From the IMG/VR virus record IMGVR_UViG_3300028591_000080, positions 95,745 through 159,744 of that record: DNA of 64,000 nucleotides. The stretch is one strand, 5' to 3'. How positions within the stretch are numbered: the stretch's first letter is position 1; every line of letters starts with the position of its first letter. Made by a program: the position numbers and the translations under genes. Shown here in pieces: positions 52,764 through 62,123 of this stretch. The stretch comes from a virus. Lineage: Duplodnaviria; Heunggongvirae; Uroviricota; Caudoviricetes. The notes beneath the pieces were generated by a model. The model saw only the letters and a program-made list of their open reading frames with translations, did not search any database and had not been told where the DNA came from.

Positions 52764-53141
52764 TTAGTTCACCTTTACAAAGTCATTCTTTGTATCCCAT
52801 TCATAATAGCTTTCATCCTCACAATCAACATCCTCTAATACATAAGAAGATTCCTTAGTAACATGGTCAAAGTATTGAATCTCTACTTCACTACTATAAT
52901 AACCATTTTGGTCTGTATAGCAAGGAACATAATACATCTTTCCTTCATTACCAAATCTAAAACCATAATTACACTTTTCAAATGTTAATGGAGTAGTAAA
53001 CTTTTCATTAAATATTCCAGTATCCTTTAATTGTCTGAAGTCTGGCCAGTTAGTCTCACAACAGTCTTGATAATGATACCAACCTATTGAATCTCCATTA
53101 TCAAAATATATTCCATAATCATCTATACTCTTTACCTTCAT
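52764..53141 (-). CDS. Conserved phage hypothetical protein
   Basis: H.QDCCE.N..Y.DQNGYYSS motif; sigma70 promoter upstream. Confidence 0.75.
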   Translation of the reverse strand: MKVKSIDDYGIYFDNGDSIGWYHYQDCCETNWPDFRQLKDTGIFNEKFTTPLTFEKCNYGFRFGNEGKMYYVPCYTDQNGYYSSEVEIQYFDHVTKESSYVLEDVDCEDESYYEWDTKNDFVKVN

Positions 53142-53254
53142 CTTCTTTCACCTCTTCTTTATATTTATATTATACATTAAAATTATTAGAATGTAAATAT
53201 CTTTTTTAAAGAAAATAAAAAAAAAGAGCTTAATTAAAAGCTCTTAGTAATTAT

Positions 53255-54250
53255 CTATGATTTTAAGTCTGAAATGGCTGAGTCAATGTCAGACACAATT
53301 TTGTTAAGGTCATCTGATGTTAAATCATTATCTTGCTTTGCTTCAGGTTCAGGCTCTGCTGTAGGTTTAGGTTGTTCAGGTGCTTTTTCAGCTTTAAGTT
53401 TATTATTAACCTCTTCTAAAGCTTGGCTCTTTGTAGTTAATGTATTAAAGATAGCAACATGTAAATGAATAGTAATATTGTTTTGAGCCATATTACTAGC
53501 AGTAACAGTTTCTAGAACTAGTTTACCAGTATTAGCTTCAACAAGAGCTTTGAATTCTGGATAATCATTAAATACTTTAAATAATGTTATATCAGAATTT
53601 TTAACCTTTGCTGTAATACCATTCCAACTAAAGTTATTCCATTTATTTCCATAAGCATCGATTATTCCGTATTCGAAAATATCTGAAGCAGCTGATTGAT
53701 ACATATGTTTACTAATATATTCTCTTATTTCTTTTTGTACTTCGTTAATATCTCTCTTTGGGTAACTAGGCATTCCGCTTTCAGTAAGTTCATTTTCTTT
53801 TGTATTACCTTTTACAGCTTCAGATAAACAACCATTTAATACTAATGAGTTAATAGCAGTGAATAAAATCTGACGCTTATCATCATCACTAGCATTAGCA
53901 AGTTCTTTATCAATTAACTCTTTATTCTTTGCATCTACTTTATTAGATATTGTAATACGTAAGCCTCGGTTATGATAATAATCCATCATAGCTTCATGTT
54001 CATTAGCACCTTCAAGGGCATCAGCAATTAAAGAGTCTAATGCATCTTGTTCATCAAGTTCTAGATCTGCTCCCCAATCAGATAACTTCTCGGCTGACTC
54101 AGCATCTCCAACTAAACTATAAACAATCTCTCTAGCTGCGTACATAGCTGCTGGTGCACTCTCATCGAATAGATCATACCAAAAGTCCCAATCTAAACTA
54201 GAGCCATAGCCAGCTATATCTTCAAATAGTGCATCTGAAAAGTCTCTCAT
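53255..54250 (-). CDS. Acidic hypothetical protein under a TGCTAAATT promoter
   Basis: 331 aa; own promoter motif (54300-54308) and terminator. Confidence 0.75.
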   Translation of the reverse strand: MRDFSDALFEDIAGYGSSLDWDFWYDLFDESAPAAMYAAREIVYSLVGDAESAEKLSDWGADLELDEQDALDSLIADALEGANEHEAMMDYYHNRGLRITISNKVDAKNKELIDKELANASDDDKRQILFTAINSLVLNGCLSEAVKGNTKENELTESGMPSYPKRDINEVQKEIREYISKHMYQSAASDIFEYGIIDAYGNKWNNFSWNGITAKVKNSDITLFKVFNDYPEFKALVEANTGKLVLETVTASNMAQNNITIHLHVAIFNTLTTKSQALEEVNNKLKAEKAPEQPKPTAEPEPEAKQDNDLTSDDLNKIVSDIDSAISDLKS

Positions 54251-54342
54251 ATATTTAATCTCCTATTTAGTTCATTTATTAATAATAAAGTTTACAGTTA
54301 ATTTAGCAAATAGTAAAAGACAGATGTTACTCTGTCTTATCT

Positions 54343-54591
54343 TTAGTAATACACTTTGTCTTCTCTGGCTATTTGACGGTCAACGCTAGTTATCTGCTCA
54401 TCAATGCTTTCTATATGATGTAATAAAGCGTCATGAAGGATATCAGCATCCTTAGCCTCTTCACTATTATAATCTACATTAGGTCCATAGGCTATCTCGC
54501 TATATTTATCAAGAAGCTTAGATGCACGTTCTTTATCTTCCAATAAACCTTCTTTTAAAGACTTAAGTAGTTTTATATTCTCAATTGACAT
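54343..54591 (-). CDS. Hypothetical coiled-coil protein
   Basis: 82 aa. Confidence 0.55.
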   Translation of the reverse strand: MSIENIKLLKSLKEGLLEDKERASKLLDKYSEIAYGPNVDYNSEEAKDADILHDALLHHIESIDEQITSVDRQIAREDKVYY

Positions 54592-54614
54592 AGCTTACTG
54601 ACATAGCTTACCTC

Positions 54615-54992
54615 CTATGTACAATGGAAGAAGCTTACTAGGCAAGGTGCGTCATCACCATCATAGTACTCTCCAAAGATATCCTTATATAAATCACAGA
54701 CAGCATCTGCAGCATGATGGTCAACTACATCACATATATGCATGCTAAAGTCTGCACCACTAGAATACATGTCATCTTGTTCTACTTTCTTTAGTACATA
54801 TATAACATAAATATAATTACCATTCATACCATCTACAATTATCTGTAAGCCTGGCTTATCAGCATTAGGATTTAAGAAACTATATTCTTCATATTCCTTA
54901 TGCTCATCTAAGAAAGCATCTATCTTCTTTATGTTCTTGTCATAATCTAACTTATAACCTATTCCTAAATAATGTGTTAATGATGTGCTCAT
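54615..54992 (-). CDS. Hypothetical protein
   Basis: 125 aa with SD. Confidence 0.65.
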   Translation of the reverse strand: MSTSLTHYLGIGYKLDYDKNIKKIDAFLDEHKEYEEYSFLNPNADKPGLQIIVDGMNGNYIYVIYVLKKVEQDDMYSSGADFSMHICDVVDHHAADAVCDLYKDIFGEYYDGDDAPCLVSFFHCT

Positions 54993-55002
54993 ATTATTCT
55001 CC

Positions 55003-55281
55003 TTAAAATTCTTTTAAAGTATTTGTGGTAAAGTATATACAGTCTTCATATAAGAAGTTATTATCTTTCTTTCCATCTTTATCAAAGGCATCAAAGTGTT
55101 CCCAACCGCTCTTACTAGTAGTAACTACTTCTTTTCTTATGGGTAGGTTAGGATATTCCTTTTCCAATACCTCGAACAATTCTTGCTCAGACTTATCACT
55201 ATAGCCTATTACCTTTGAGTCACCAGCAGGTTCGCCTTTACCTACACAATAAAATCTAAAACGTTTAACTATCCACTTCAT
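55003..55281 (-). CDS. Hypothetical protein
   Basis: 92 aa with SD. Confidence 0.6.
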   Translation of the reverse strand: MKWIVKRFRFYCVGKGEPAGDSKVIGYSDKSEQELFEVLEKEYPNLPIRKEVVTTSKSGWEHFDAFDKDGKKDNNFLYEDCIYFTTNTLKEF

Positions 55282-55284
55282 ATA

Positions 55285-55548
55285 TTATTCTCTCTCCTTT
55301 AATCCTAATTTATTTAAGTAAGCTAACTCTTCTTCAGTAAAAGGAAGATTACTAATTTCTACATCACTCTTAGGATAGAAAGTAATCTCTTGTCTTTCAA
55401 TAGGAGTATATGTATTGTCATCTAAGTCTACCATGAACTGAGTTAGTACGAATGGATCATCATCCTCATCCGCCATAGAATAAGTATATGTATCTTCATG
55501 TATTTCTGTTAATCTAAACCTGCCTATTCTATTCTTAATATCCTTCAT
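55285..55548 (-). CDS. Hypothetical protein
   Basis: 87 aa; sigma70 promoter upstream. Confidence 0.6.
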   Translation of the reverse strand: MKDIKNRIGRFRLTEIHEDTYTYSMADEDDDPFVLTQFMVDLDDNTYTPIERQEITFYPKSDVEISNLPFTEEELAYLNKLGLKERE

Positions 55549-55624
55549 ACCGAGTACCTCCTTATTTATCTTACATATATATTATACCATATTTATTTTG
55601 AAATGTAAATACTTTATTATAATA

Positions 55625-55972
55625 TTATTTGCTCATGTCTTCTCTAAGCCACCAGGTCTTCTTATAATCACTCTCATAAAATCTTGTTCTACCAAGTGTA
55701 TATCCATTAGTAATACTTCTTAAACAAAATTCATTTCTTACAGTATCATAATCAATTATAAATTCATCTGTTCTCCACATACTATATCCATCGAAGAATC
55801 CGTATTTCTTTGCTATAAGAAGTTTACTTTCTTTTTCTCTAAGTGCTTGCTTGATAGGCAAAATCAAGTTATCAACATAATCGTTGATATTATCATTTAC
55901 ACCATTACCAATTAACATATCTTTTAATGTTTCTAATGCTTCATTATAATCTTGCATGTTACTTACCTCCAA
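55625..55972 (-). CDS. Hypothetical protein
   Basis: Probable start MQDYN; shares RDY.KTW/SDY.KTW with 56316-56558. Confidence 0.6.
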   Translation of the reverse strand: MEVSNMQDYNEALETLKDMLIGNGVNDNINDYVDNLILPIKQALREKESKLLIAKKYGFFDGYSMWRTDEFIIDYDTVRNEFCLRSITNGYTLGRTRFYESDYKKTWWLREDMSK

Positions 55973-56312
55973 ATATAACTGCTTCTAATTTATCAACAGG
56001 AAATGTTTGATATGTAATTCCTTTAGTCTGCCAATCCCAACCAAATAATAAATCTATAAATGTTTGAGTACCATAGCCAAGATGCTTAAAGAAATACTTA
56101 TCTTCCTTGCATCTCACTGCTACCTGGTAATCTCCATCTATATCATCCATCTGTATAGAATAGTGCAAGCCATCTCTTACAAAATTTATTCTATCTAAAT
56201 GACTAAAAGAACATAGACCTATATAGTTAACTCGACCTGTCTTAAGGTTTGTTTGATGTTCTCCTTGTAGACCAGTTCTTTTTATATGAGTTATCTTTAA
56301 CATATTAAACAC
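55959..56312 (-). CDS. Hypothetical protein
   Basis: 117 aa. Confidence 0.6.
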   Translation of the reverse strand: MFNMLKITHIKRTGLQGEHQTNLKTGRVNYIGLCSFSHLDRINFVRDGLHYSIQMDDIDGDYQVAVRCKEDKYFFKHLGYGTQTFIDLLFGWDWQTKGITYQTFPVDKLEAVIFGGK

Positions 56313-56315
56313 CTC

Positions 56316-56558
56316 TTATTCTAAGTCTTCTCTATTCTTAGACCAAGTAATTTTATAATCTCTTTCAATTAGTTTAATAGGATAAGTATAATGCCAAGCT
56401 AATTCAAGTCTAGGATAATCTTCCCAACCTTTATTCTCTACTTTGCATTGATGAATCTCACCATTATATTTAATATATACATATCCTTGCTTTAAAATAC
56501 TTCTTAGTAACTCCCACCATGTTGGAGCAATAGATAACCATCTACTCATTCTAATCAC
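56316..56558 (-). CDS. Hypothetical protein
   Basis: 80 aa; sigma70 promoter upstream. Confidence 0.6.
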   Translation of the reverse strand: MIRMSRWLSIAPTWWELLRSILKQGYVYIKYNGEIHQCKVENKGWEDYPRLELAWHYTYPIKLIERDYKITWSKNREDLE

Positions 56559-56630
56559 CTCTATCTTATTACAATTATATTATACCAAAAAATTGAGGAA
56601 ATGTAAATATCTTTCCTCAATTTATTTTAA

Positions 56631-57242
56631 TTATTTCTCAAAGAAATATTTCTTATTAAAATTAGTAGCTTTAACTCTGTGAGCATAGGCAACAGTTGCA
56701 AATACTACATAAGCCTTACCTCTATAAACTTCTACTTTATAATCTTTAGCTTCGACCTTTTCTAATCTATATTCTTTACTATCACCACGATACTTAGTTC
56801 TAACATAGATTGGTAAGCCTGCTTCCTTTCTTTCCACTAACATATCATAAAACATTTTATTAGGTTCTGTTAAACTGTTTGGATCGTAAGGATCTGGATA
56901 TTTATCTTTAGTTCTCTTATCCCATGTTCTTTCAGTTCTATACATTAAATCTTTACCTGCTTTAGAATCGGCTAATGCCCACATGCCCCAGCGTTGACGA
57001 TGATAGTTTAAATAGTTATCTAATAATACTGTATCAGTAGTTCTAAAATCTGGCCTGTGACCATCATGATGTGTGCTGTCATAATTTAAAATATTATCTA
57101 CTACTAATTTAACTTCATACTTATATTGATTTCCTGTCACTTCAACTGATTTAATTACTCCAGTATAATAATCAAACCAACCTACATCAAATACAATTCT
57201 CTTACCTACAAAACTCATAACATATGTTAATTTATCTTTCAT
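56631..57242 (-). CDS. Hypothetical protein
   Basis: 203 aa; sigma70 promoter upstream. Confidence 0.7.
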   Translation of the reverse strand: MKDKLTYVMSFVGKRIVFDVGWFDYYTGVIKSVEVTGNQYKYEVKLVVDNILNYDSTHHDGHRPDFRTTDTVLLDNYLNYHRQRWGMWALADSKAGKDLMYRTERTWDKRTKDKYPDPYDPNSLTEPNKMFYDMLVERKEAGLPIYVRTKYRGDSKEYRLEKVEAKDYKVEVYRGKAYVVFATVAYAHRVKATNFNKKYFFEK

Positions 57243-57309
57243 ACTTATACACCTCTTTCTATCTTCATATATATTATACCATAAAACACTTGATTTGTAA
57301 ATATATAAA

Positions 57310-57343
57310 CGAAAAAACTTTAGAAATTAATCTAAAGCTTTTT
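57310..57343 (-). terminator. Intrinsic terminator closing the ncRNA unit
   Basis: Inverted repeat CTTTAGA-aattaa-TCTAAAG flanked by A/T runs. Confidence 0.7.
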
Positions 57344-57344
57344 C

Positions 57345-57950
57345 AGAAAGGAGGGTATAAGAATGATTGATGTTTCAATACTAACTAACATTGCACAAGG
57401 TCCAGCTCTCTCTGTAGCTATCAGAGTCGTGTGCTTGTGGAATCGGTCTTAGCTTTGGCGCCTCCTACACTAACCACCGTTCTGCTACTTTCAGCGGTCC
57501 TGCTTTCTGTTTAACGGCTGGGCTCAGTGCAATATTAGTTAATTAATAAGTTAATATCTTTGGTTGATTCTATCCGACCCCATCAGTATTTCTTATGTCG
57601 GCATTCATCTAGCGATGGGATATTCTGCTCTTCATCCTTATCCGAAGACTGTCACTCCAGCACGAACCTCTCAACAGATAGCTGCGCATCTAACATGTTG
57701 TTCGTCTTGATATTAACTATTACTAAATAACATTATACCCGGTACGACTCGGTCGGGCCATCCCCACTAGATAAATCTAGCTTGTTGCGTCGATGCAACT
57801 TTGTTACGACTACTGTCACCACAATTGTAAGGTACAGGCTTTGATTACTTATTCCGGAATTACATAACCTTTAGCCTTAGAGAATTAATCTCATGTATAA
57901 ATACTTGCTTGTGCGTGCTACACCTTTTACGTCATACCCGCTATAATATT
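57345..57950 (-). ncRNA. ROOL-like large structured RNA (~600 nt)
   Basis: No ORF; ends pair (GGGUAUGA 57932-39 with UUAUACCC 57353-60); 14 bp helix 57527-40/57383-96; many hairpins. Segments GAAUAUCCCAU..AUGAAUG, UGAAAGUAG and GGUGGUUAGUGUAGGAGGCGCCAAAGCU resemble ROOL as I recall it (unverified). Confidence 0.7.
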
Positions 57951-57971
57951 ATTTAGTCATATATTTAATTA

Positions 57972-58674
57972 TGGAGGGGCCGGCAGGATTTGCACCTGCA
58001 ATACTAAATGATTTTTCGGATATAAGCTGCTATATTTACTTTATCTAGAATTTCATATAACCCGAATATACTCTACTCAACCAACCACATTAAGGTTCTC
58101 GATACCGCTTATTTCTAAGTGTGTGCTCCTCCCTAGTGGGCAGCCCCATAGTAAATCGCATCAGCAGGTCGCTTGTCTGACTTTTCACTTGGCCTTCGCT
58201 AGCTGATACTTATCTTTCCACTCGGCAGGAAAAAATCTAAATCGTGCCACCTACTCGACTATGTCCTCGGCCTCTAGCAGTATACGAACTTGTTGGGCAG
58301 ACTTAACTGCATATGCTCATATACTCTTAGAGACTGACTAAGATATTCTTAGTAATCTCACCACCGCCAGAGGTTTATTCTATTCCGCGGCTTAGGGCGC
58401 ACAGAATAGTTTTCGCCTCTAGCAATATATAATACCAAACTCGGCCGAATCTTTCGGAGATGCTGGACCGATAGTTTATTCTCACATTTAAATATTATAT
58501 ATTCTTAGAGACGATCAAGATGGCCGTATAATTCGAATTGACTCCCTCACCAGCTTCAACCTAGGACTATAGTTGGTTTTTGTTCAAGCCCTAACTTATA
58601 TACTTCCTCAACTACATTGGCTCATGACTTCCTCAATAGAAGTGGACATTTATAAGCTTGCTTCATCTTGATAC
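57972..58674 (-). ncRNA. Second large structured RNA (~700 nt), possibly GOLLD-like, with tRNA-like 3' end
   Basis: Starts just after a consensus promoter; no ORF in the track; nested helices (GCUAGAGG/CCUCUGGC, CUAUUCU/GGAAUAG, UCGGUC/GGCCGA, ACUAAGA/UCUUAGU); ends in T-arm-like hairpin, 7 bp stem and U-CCA. Family identity is tentative. Confidence 0.6.
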
Positions 58675-58680
58675 ATTTAT

Positions 58681-58709
58681 ATTATACACCAATTTAATTG
58701 AAATGTAAA
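58681..58709 (-). promoter_or_regulatory. sigma70-type promoter driving the ncRNA unit
   Basis: TTTACA (58704-09), 17 nt spacer, TG-TATAAT (58681-86). Confidence 0.85.
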
Positions 58710-58736
58710 TATCTTTTTTATATTTTTTTAAATTTT

Positions 58737-59210
58737 TTATACTTCATCATAGAATGGATCTGTTGTTGTGTCAAAGCATACTGGTGCGTCGCTTCCATTG
58801 TAATAACAATACTCAACAACTCGTATTGTTTCCTTGCTTAATTCTGGACAAGGCAATTTAACAGCTTCGAAGAATGCTTTAAACTTAGGTATATATTTTA
58901 CTAATTCATTATCTGTTAATTCTCTAGACTTAGTAAATTCACCTGCTTCATCCCATCCTCTATCTAATAGAAAATCTATGTAATATTCATGAAGAGATTG
59001 CCAGTCTCCATTAACCTTAATTAAGCTTGCACCATAACTAGACATAAACTTTCCAGGCTTCTTCCAATCTATGATATCACTAAACTCAGGTCTATCTAGA
59101 TATTCTTGTATATCATCATCACAATCATACTTCTCATTTCTGAATTTCATAGAACTAATTTCTTTAGGTAATCTTAGTCTGACTGCTTTAATTCTTTCCA
59201 TCTCACTCAT
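58737..59210 (-). CDS. Hypothetical protein
   Basis: 157 aa; EYCYYNG..P..FD motif. Confidence 0.7.
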   Translation of the reverse strand: MSEMERIKAVRLRLPKEISSMKFRNEKYDCDDDIQEYLDRPEFSDIIDWKKPGKFMSSYGASLIKVNGDWQSLHEYYIDFLLDRGWDEAGEFTKSRELTDNELVKYIPKFKAFFEAVKLPCPELSKETIRVVEYCYYNGSDAPVCFDTTTDPFYDEV

Positions 59211-59359
59211 TATTCTTCACTCCAACCTTTCATCTTTTGTTTCTTATCTTCTTGTTCCTTTTTCTCTTGCTTTGTCTTAGTCATATTCATGTGTGTTCCA
59301 CTTGTTATGATAGCAAAGTGAATAGGATTTCTTAACTTTCTTTTCTTTTTAGGTTTCAT
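59210..59359 (-). CDS. Small basic protein (49 aa), below the track cutoff
   Basis: MKPKKKRKLRNP..; SD and promoter upstream; TAATG-coupled. Confidence 0.55.
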   Translation of the reverse strand: MKPKKKRKLRNPIHFAIITSGTHMNMTKTKQEKKEQEDKKQKMKGWSEE

Positions 59360-59451
59360 AAGTATACCTCTCTTATCTTTATCTACTTATATTATACCAC
59401 AAACGTTTTAATTTGTAAATACTTTTTATAAAATATTTTTTATTTTTATTC

Positions 59452-59525
59452 CGGCTAGGTTTATAGGTAACTAATTATTTTTAGTTTAATTATACTTCAC
59501 AATCAAAACATAGACTCCGAAATCC
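59452..59525 (-). repeat. Dispersed intergenic element, copy A (TCGGAGTCTATG box, TATAAT, ACTAA hairpin, ACCTA)
   Basis: Imperfect ~70 bp repeat of 60100-60170; CATAGACTCCGA at 59509-20. Confidence 0.75.
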
Positions 59526-59569
59526 TAACTCCTGAGTGAATAAAAAAAAGAAGTGGATTGTTCCACCTC

Positions 59570-60007
59570 TTAATTTAAACTTTCATACAATGCATCTAGT
59601 TGTTTTAAAGTTTTAACTGAGTCAAACTTTTGTTCATTAGTAGGGTACCAAGTTCCATTTTGATTAACGGACCAATAAGTATATTCTGGAGTGAATGAAT
59701 GATATAAGCAATCACCATCTGGAGAATAACCATTAGTACTTTCTTCCTTATGTGCCCACATACCATTTGCACATCCAGTATCGCCTACCTTAAAGCATAC
59801 ATAACCTTTATAACCTCTCTTGATTGCTTGTGTTAAGAATGATTTCATTTGATTTAATCTTGACTTAGATAACGTTCTAGGCCACCAGTCAAAGATACTT
59901 AACTCCTTACATACATACTCAATTAGGTAAGGTCCTGAATAACAATTAAGTAATCTGTTAACTTCCTTTAAAACTTGTTCTGCATTGAATTGTGAATATT
60001 TATTCAT
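59570..60007 (-). CDS. Conserved hypothetical protein
   Basis: 145 aa; GGAGG SD; promoter upstream. Confidence 0.75.
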   Translation of the reverse strand: MNKYSQFNAEQVLKEVNRLLNCYSGPYLIEYVCKELSIFDWWPRTLSKSRLNQMKSFLTQAIKRGYKGYVCFKVGDTGCANGMWAHKEESTNGYSPDGDCLYHSFTPEYTYWSVNQNGTWYPTNEQKFDSVKTLKQLDALYESLN

Positions 60008-60099
60008 ATTCGATTCCTCCTTTATTTTTTACAATTACATTATACCACGTTTTATGGCGGATGTAAATACTTTTTTAAAACTTTTTTAAAATATTTTCA

Positions 60100-60170
60100 G
60101 GTTAGGTTTGTAGGTAACTAAGTTCTCTTAGTTCAATTATAACGATCTGCCTAAAACATAGACTCCGAGA
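60100..60170 (-). repeat. Dispersed intergenic element, copy B
   Basis: CATAGACTCCGA at 60157-68; TAGGTAACTAA..TTAGTT. Confidence 0.75.
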
Positions 60171-60214
60171 AGTCTGTTATAAAAATAAAAAAGAGACTGT
60201 TTAGTCTCTTTATC

Positions 60215-60508
60215 TTAAAACATATCAAATGGGTTATCTGATTGGATTGGAAGTCCTAACAACTCTCTGATTTCGCTTGTAGGCTTTTCAAAGCGAGCAT
60301 ACCAACAATCACCATCAGTTTGAATATAAATATATTCATCTTGTAATTTAACTAATTCTTCATCACTTAATCTATAAGGTGCATCATATCCATCTGGAGT
60401 TCTATAACGTCCTGCTTGTAATCTATTTAAAATAAATCTGTTCTCTTCATCATTCAATAGATCTTTAATCTGAACTCTTTGTGCAGAGTTATCGAATACT
60501 ATTCCCAT
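60215..60508 (-). CDS. Hypothetical protein
   Basis: 97 aa; GGAGG SD. Confidence 0.65.
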   Translation of the reverse strand: MGIVFDNSAQRVQIKDLLNDEENRFILNRLQAGRYRTPDGYDAPYRLSDEELVKLQDEYIYIQTDGDCWYARFEKPTSEIRELLGLPIQSDNPFDMF

Positions 60509-60519
60509 ACTTAGTCCTC

Positions 60520-60717
60520 CTACTTCTTGCTTTGCATCTCTTCAACAGGTGCAGGTGTTGTTTGAGTCTTTAATAATCTGTCTTGAAGTTCTTGAACTCT
60601 TTTCCTTAACTCTTCATTTTGATTAGCCAAATTTGAATTTGTAATATTTAGGTTTCTAATCTCTAGATCCTTCTCAACAATTAAAGTCTTTAATAAATCA
60701 TTAATATCTTGTTCCAT
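60520..60717 (-). CDS. Hypothetical coiled-coil protein
   Basis: 65 aa with SD. Confidence 0.6.
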   Translation of the reverse strand: MEQDINDLLKTLIVEKDLEIRNLNITNSNLANQNEELRKRVQELQDRLLKTQTTPAPVEEMQSKK

Positions 60718-60730
60718 GTTTTAGTCTCCT

Positions 60731-60967
60731 TTACTTAACAACAATATCTAGAACTGGAGTTTGGTCATAAACATCTGAAGATACAGCTAAGTTAAAACTC
60801 ACAACATCTAAATCACTGAAATCTGAATATGGTTCTAATTCAAAGTCAAATCTAGGTTTATCTTCATAATCTTTCTTAATGATAGATCCTTTAAAGTAAG
60901 CTTTATATTCATGATAGATATTAAATTGTCCTGATGTTAACTTATCTACAAGTTCATGAAGCTTCAT
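60731..60967 (-). CDS. Hypothetical protein
   Basis: 78 aa with SD. Confidence 0.6.
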   Translation of the reverse strand: MKLHELVDKLTSGQFNIYHEYKAYFKGSIIKKDYEDKPRFDFELEPYSDFSDLDVVSFNLAVSSDVYDQTPVLDIVVK

Positions 60968-61000
60968 ATTAGACTAAATCTCCTATATGTTATTATACAA

Positions 61001-61150
61001 TTAAAACTCTTCTTTTTCGTCAACAACTGTAATCATTACAATTTCTCTGTTTGGAAATTCTTCATTTAGTTCACTCACTAAAGTATCTTTATCATCTGCA
61101 AATCTGCGAACAGTATTTCCATCAGCGAAAAATATTTTAAACAGTTTCAT
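61001..61150 (-). CDS. Small protein (49 aa), below the track cutoff
   Basis: MKLFKIFFADG..; AGGAG SD; TGCTAAATT motif at 61179-87. Confidence 0.5.
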   Translation of the reverse strand: MKLFKIFFADGNTVRRFADDKDTLVSELNEEFPNREIVMITVVDEKEEF

Positions 61151-61209
61151 AATCAAAACTCCTTTAAACAGTTTATCCAATTTAGCAATTAAAAAACTAG
61201 GTAATTAAC

Positions 61210-61425
61210 CTAGTTTATTTGTCATTCAATTATATCTTCTGCCGGTCTTGGATAGGACTCGTTAAGCAATGGAGAGTCAAAGTTGAAATTATCATTATCA
61301 TCTAGAACATCGAAATAGATAATACTTTCGGTGCCAATAGATTTTAAGTAATCTCTAGCTTCATTTTCATCCTTAAATTGTTTCTTCTCCATGTTTCCAT
61401 TTCTAAAAGCAATTTCTAATTTCAT
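61210..61425 (-). CDS. Hypothetical protein; code 4 extends it by 4 residues
   Basis: TGA 61222 then Q-I-N-TAG inside a terminator hairpin. Confidence 0.55.
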
Positions 61426-61467
61426 AACTTTTCATCTCCTTTCTTTTAGAGTCTGGTTTATTATTTA

Positions 61468-61770
61468 CTAATTTAAATGATAGTAAGTTTTAGATTGTAA
61501 TGGTGCTCTATAGCGCTTTGCTAAAGCTCCGAAAGCAGGAATGATTGTTGGTACATACTTAAAAGTTACAACTAATCCAAAATCTCCTGACTCAATATCT
61601 ACTACTTCAAAATCATTTAGTTCTCCTAAATCAGTACCTGTAATCTGATTTGCTAATACATAATCTTGACTTCCAGTTAATGAGATTGAAAACTCTTGTG
61701 TACAATCAGGTTTTGTTGTATCTAGCTTTTCTATATTATTTAAAATTCCTTTTATTTCTCCAAACTTCAT
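61468..61770 (-). CDS. Hypothetical protein
   Basis: 100 aa; GAGGTG SD. Confidence 0.6.
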   Translation of the reverse strand: MKFGEIKGILNNIEKLDTTKPDCTQEFSISLTGSQDYVLANQITGTDLGELNDFEVVDIESGDFGLVVTFKYVPTIIPAFGALAKRYRAPLQSKTYYHLN

Positions 61771-61784
61771 TTTATCTTCACCTC

Positions 61785-62072
61785 TTATTTGATATTATAT
61801 TTATCTTTTAATTTATTTTCTTTTTCTACAAATTCATTATAAGTAGAACTACAGTCTTTACTGAATTCTAGGATTTCTTTGTAGTCACTTCTTTCAACTG
61901 TGTAAGTTGCTCTATCGAACCAACGCTTTGCTGATTCGTAGTCCTCACCACGTGCGAAACTTAATCTTATAGAATTATCTGGCATTAGAACTACTACGTT
62001 CCACCACTTTTGTCTTTCTTCTTTATTACCATCAAAGTCCATCATACATAACACCTCTTTATCTTTCTTCAT
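61785..62072 (-). CDS. Hypothetical protein
   Basis: Probable start MMDF; sigma70 promoter upstream. Confidence 0.6.
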   Translation of the reverse strand: MKKDKEVLCMMDFDGNKEERQKWWNVVVLMPDNSIRLSFARGEDYESAKRWFDRATYTVERSDYKEILEFSKDCSSTYNEFVEKENKLKDKYNIK

Positions 62073-62123
62073 TATTATTATAACATTAAATTAATGTTTT
62101 GTAAATATCTTTTAGAAAAATTT

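Noticed and set aside
54586-54611. 13 bp tandem duplication TGACATAGCTTAC
   Set aside because: Only two copies at a gene junction; likely slippage, not an array.
57972-58147. Canonical tRNA, UGA-suppressor tRNA or tmRNA
   Set aside because: No D-arm or anticodon arm found, the 176 nt length fits neither, and I saw no tag ORF. Kept only as a tRNA-like domain.
2233-59280. Short plus-strand track ORFs (2233, 2617, 5461, 6169, 20765, 26437, 26882, 27888, 37820, 44159, 44481, 46972, 50229, 52604, 53274, 59071)
   Set aside because: Antisense to well-supported minus-strand genes, with no SD site or recognisable motifs.
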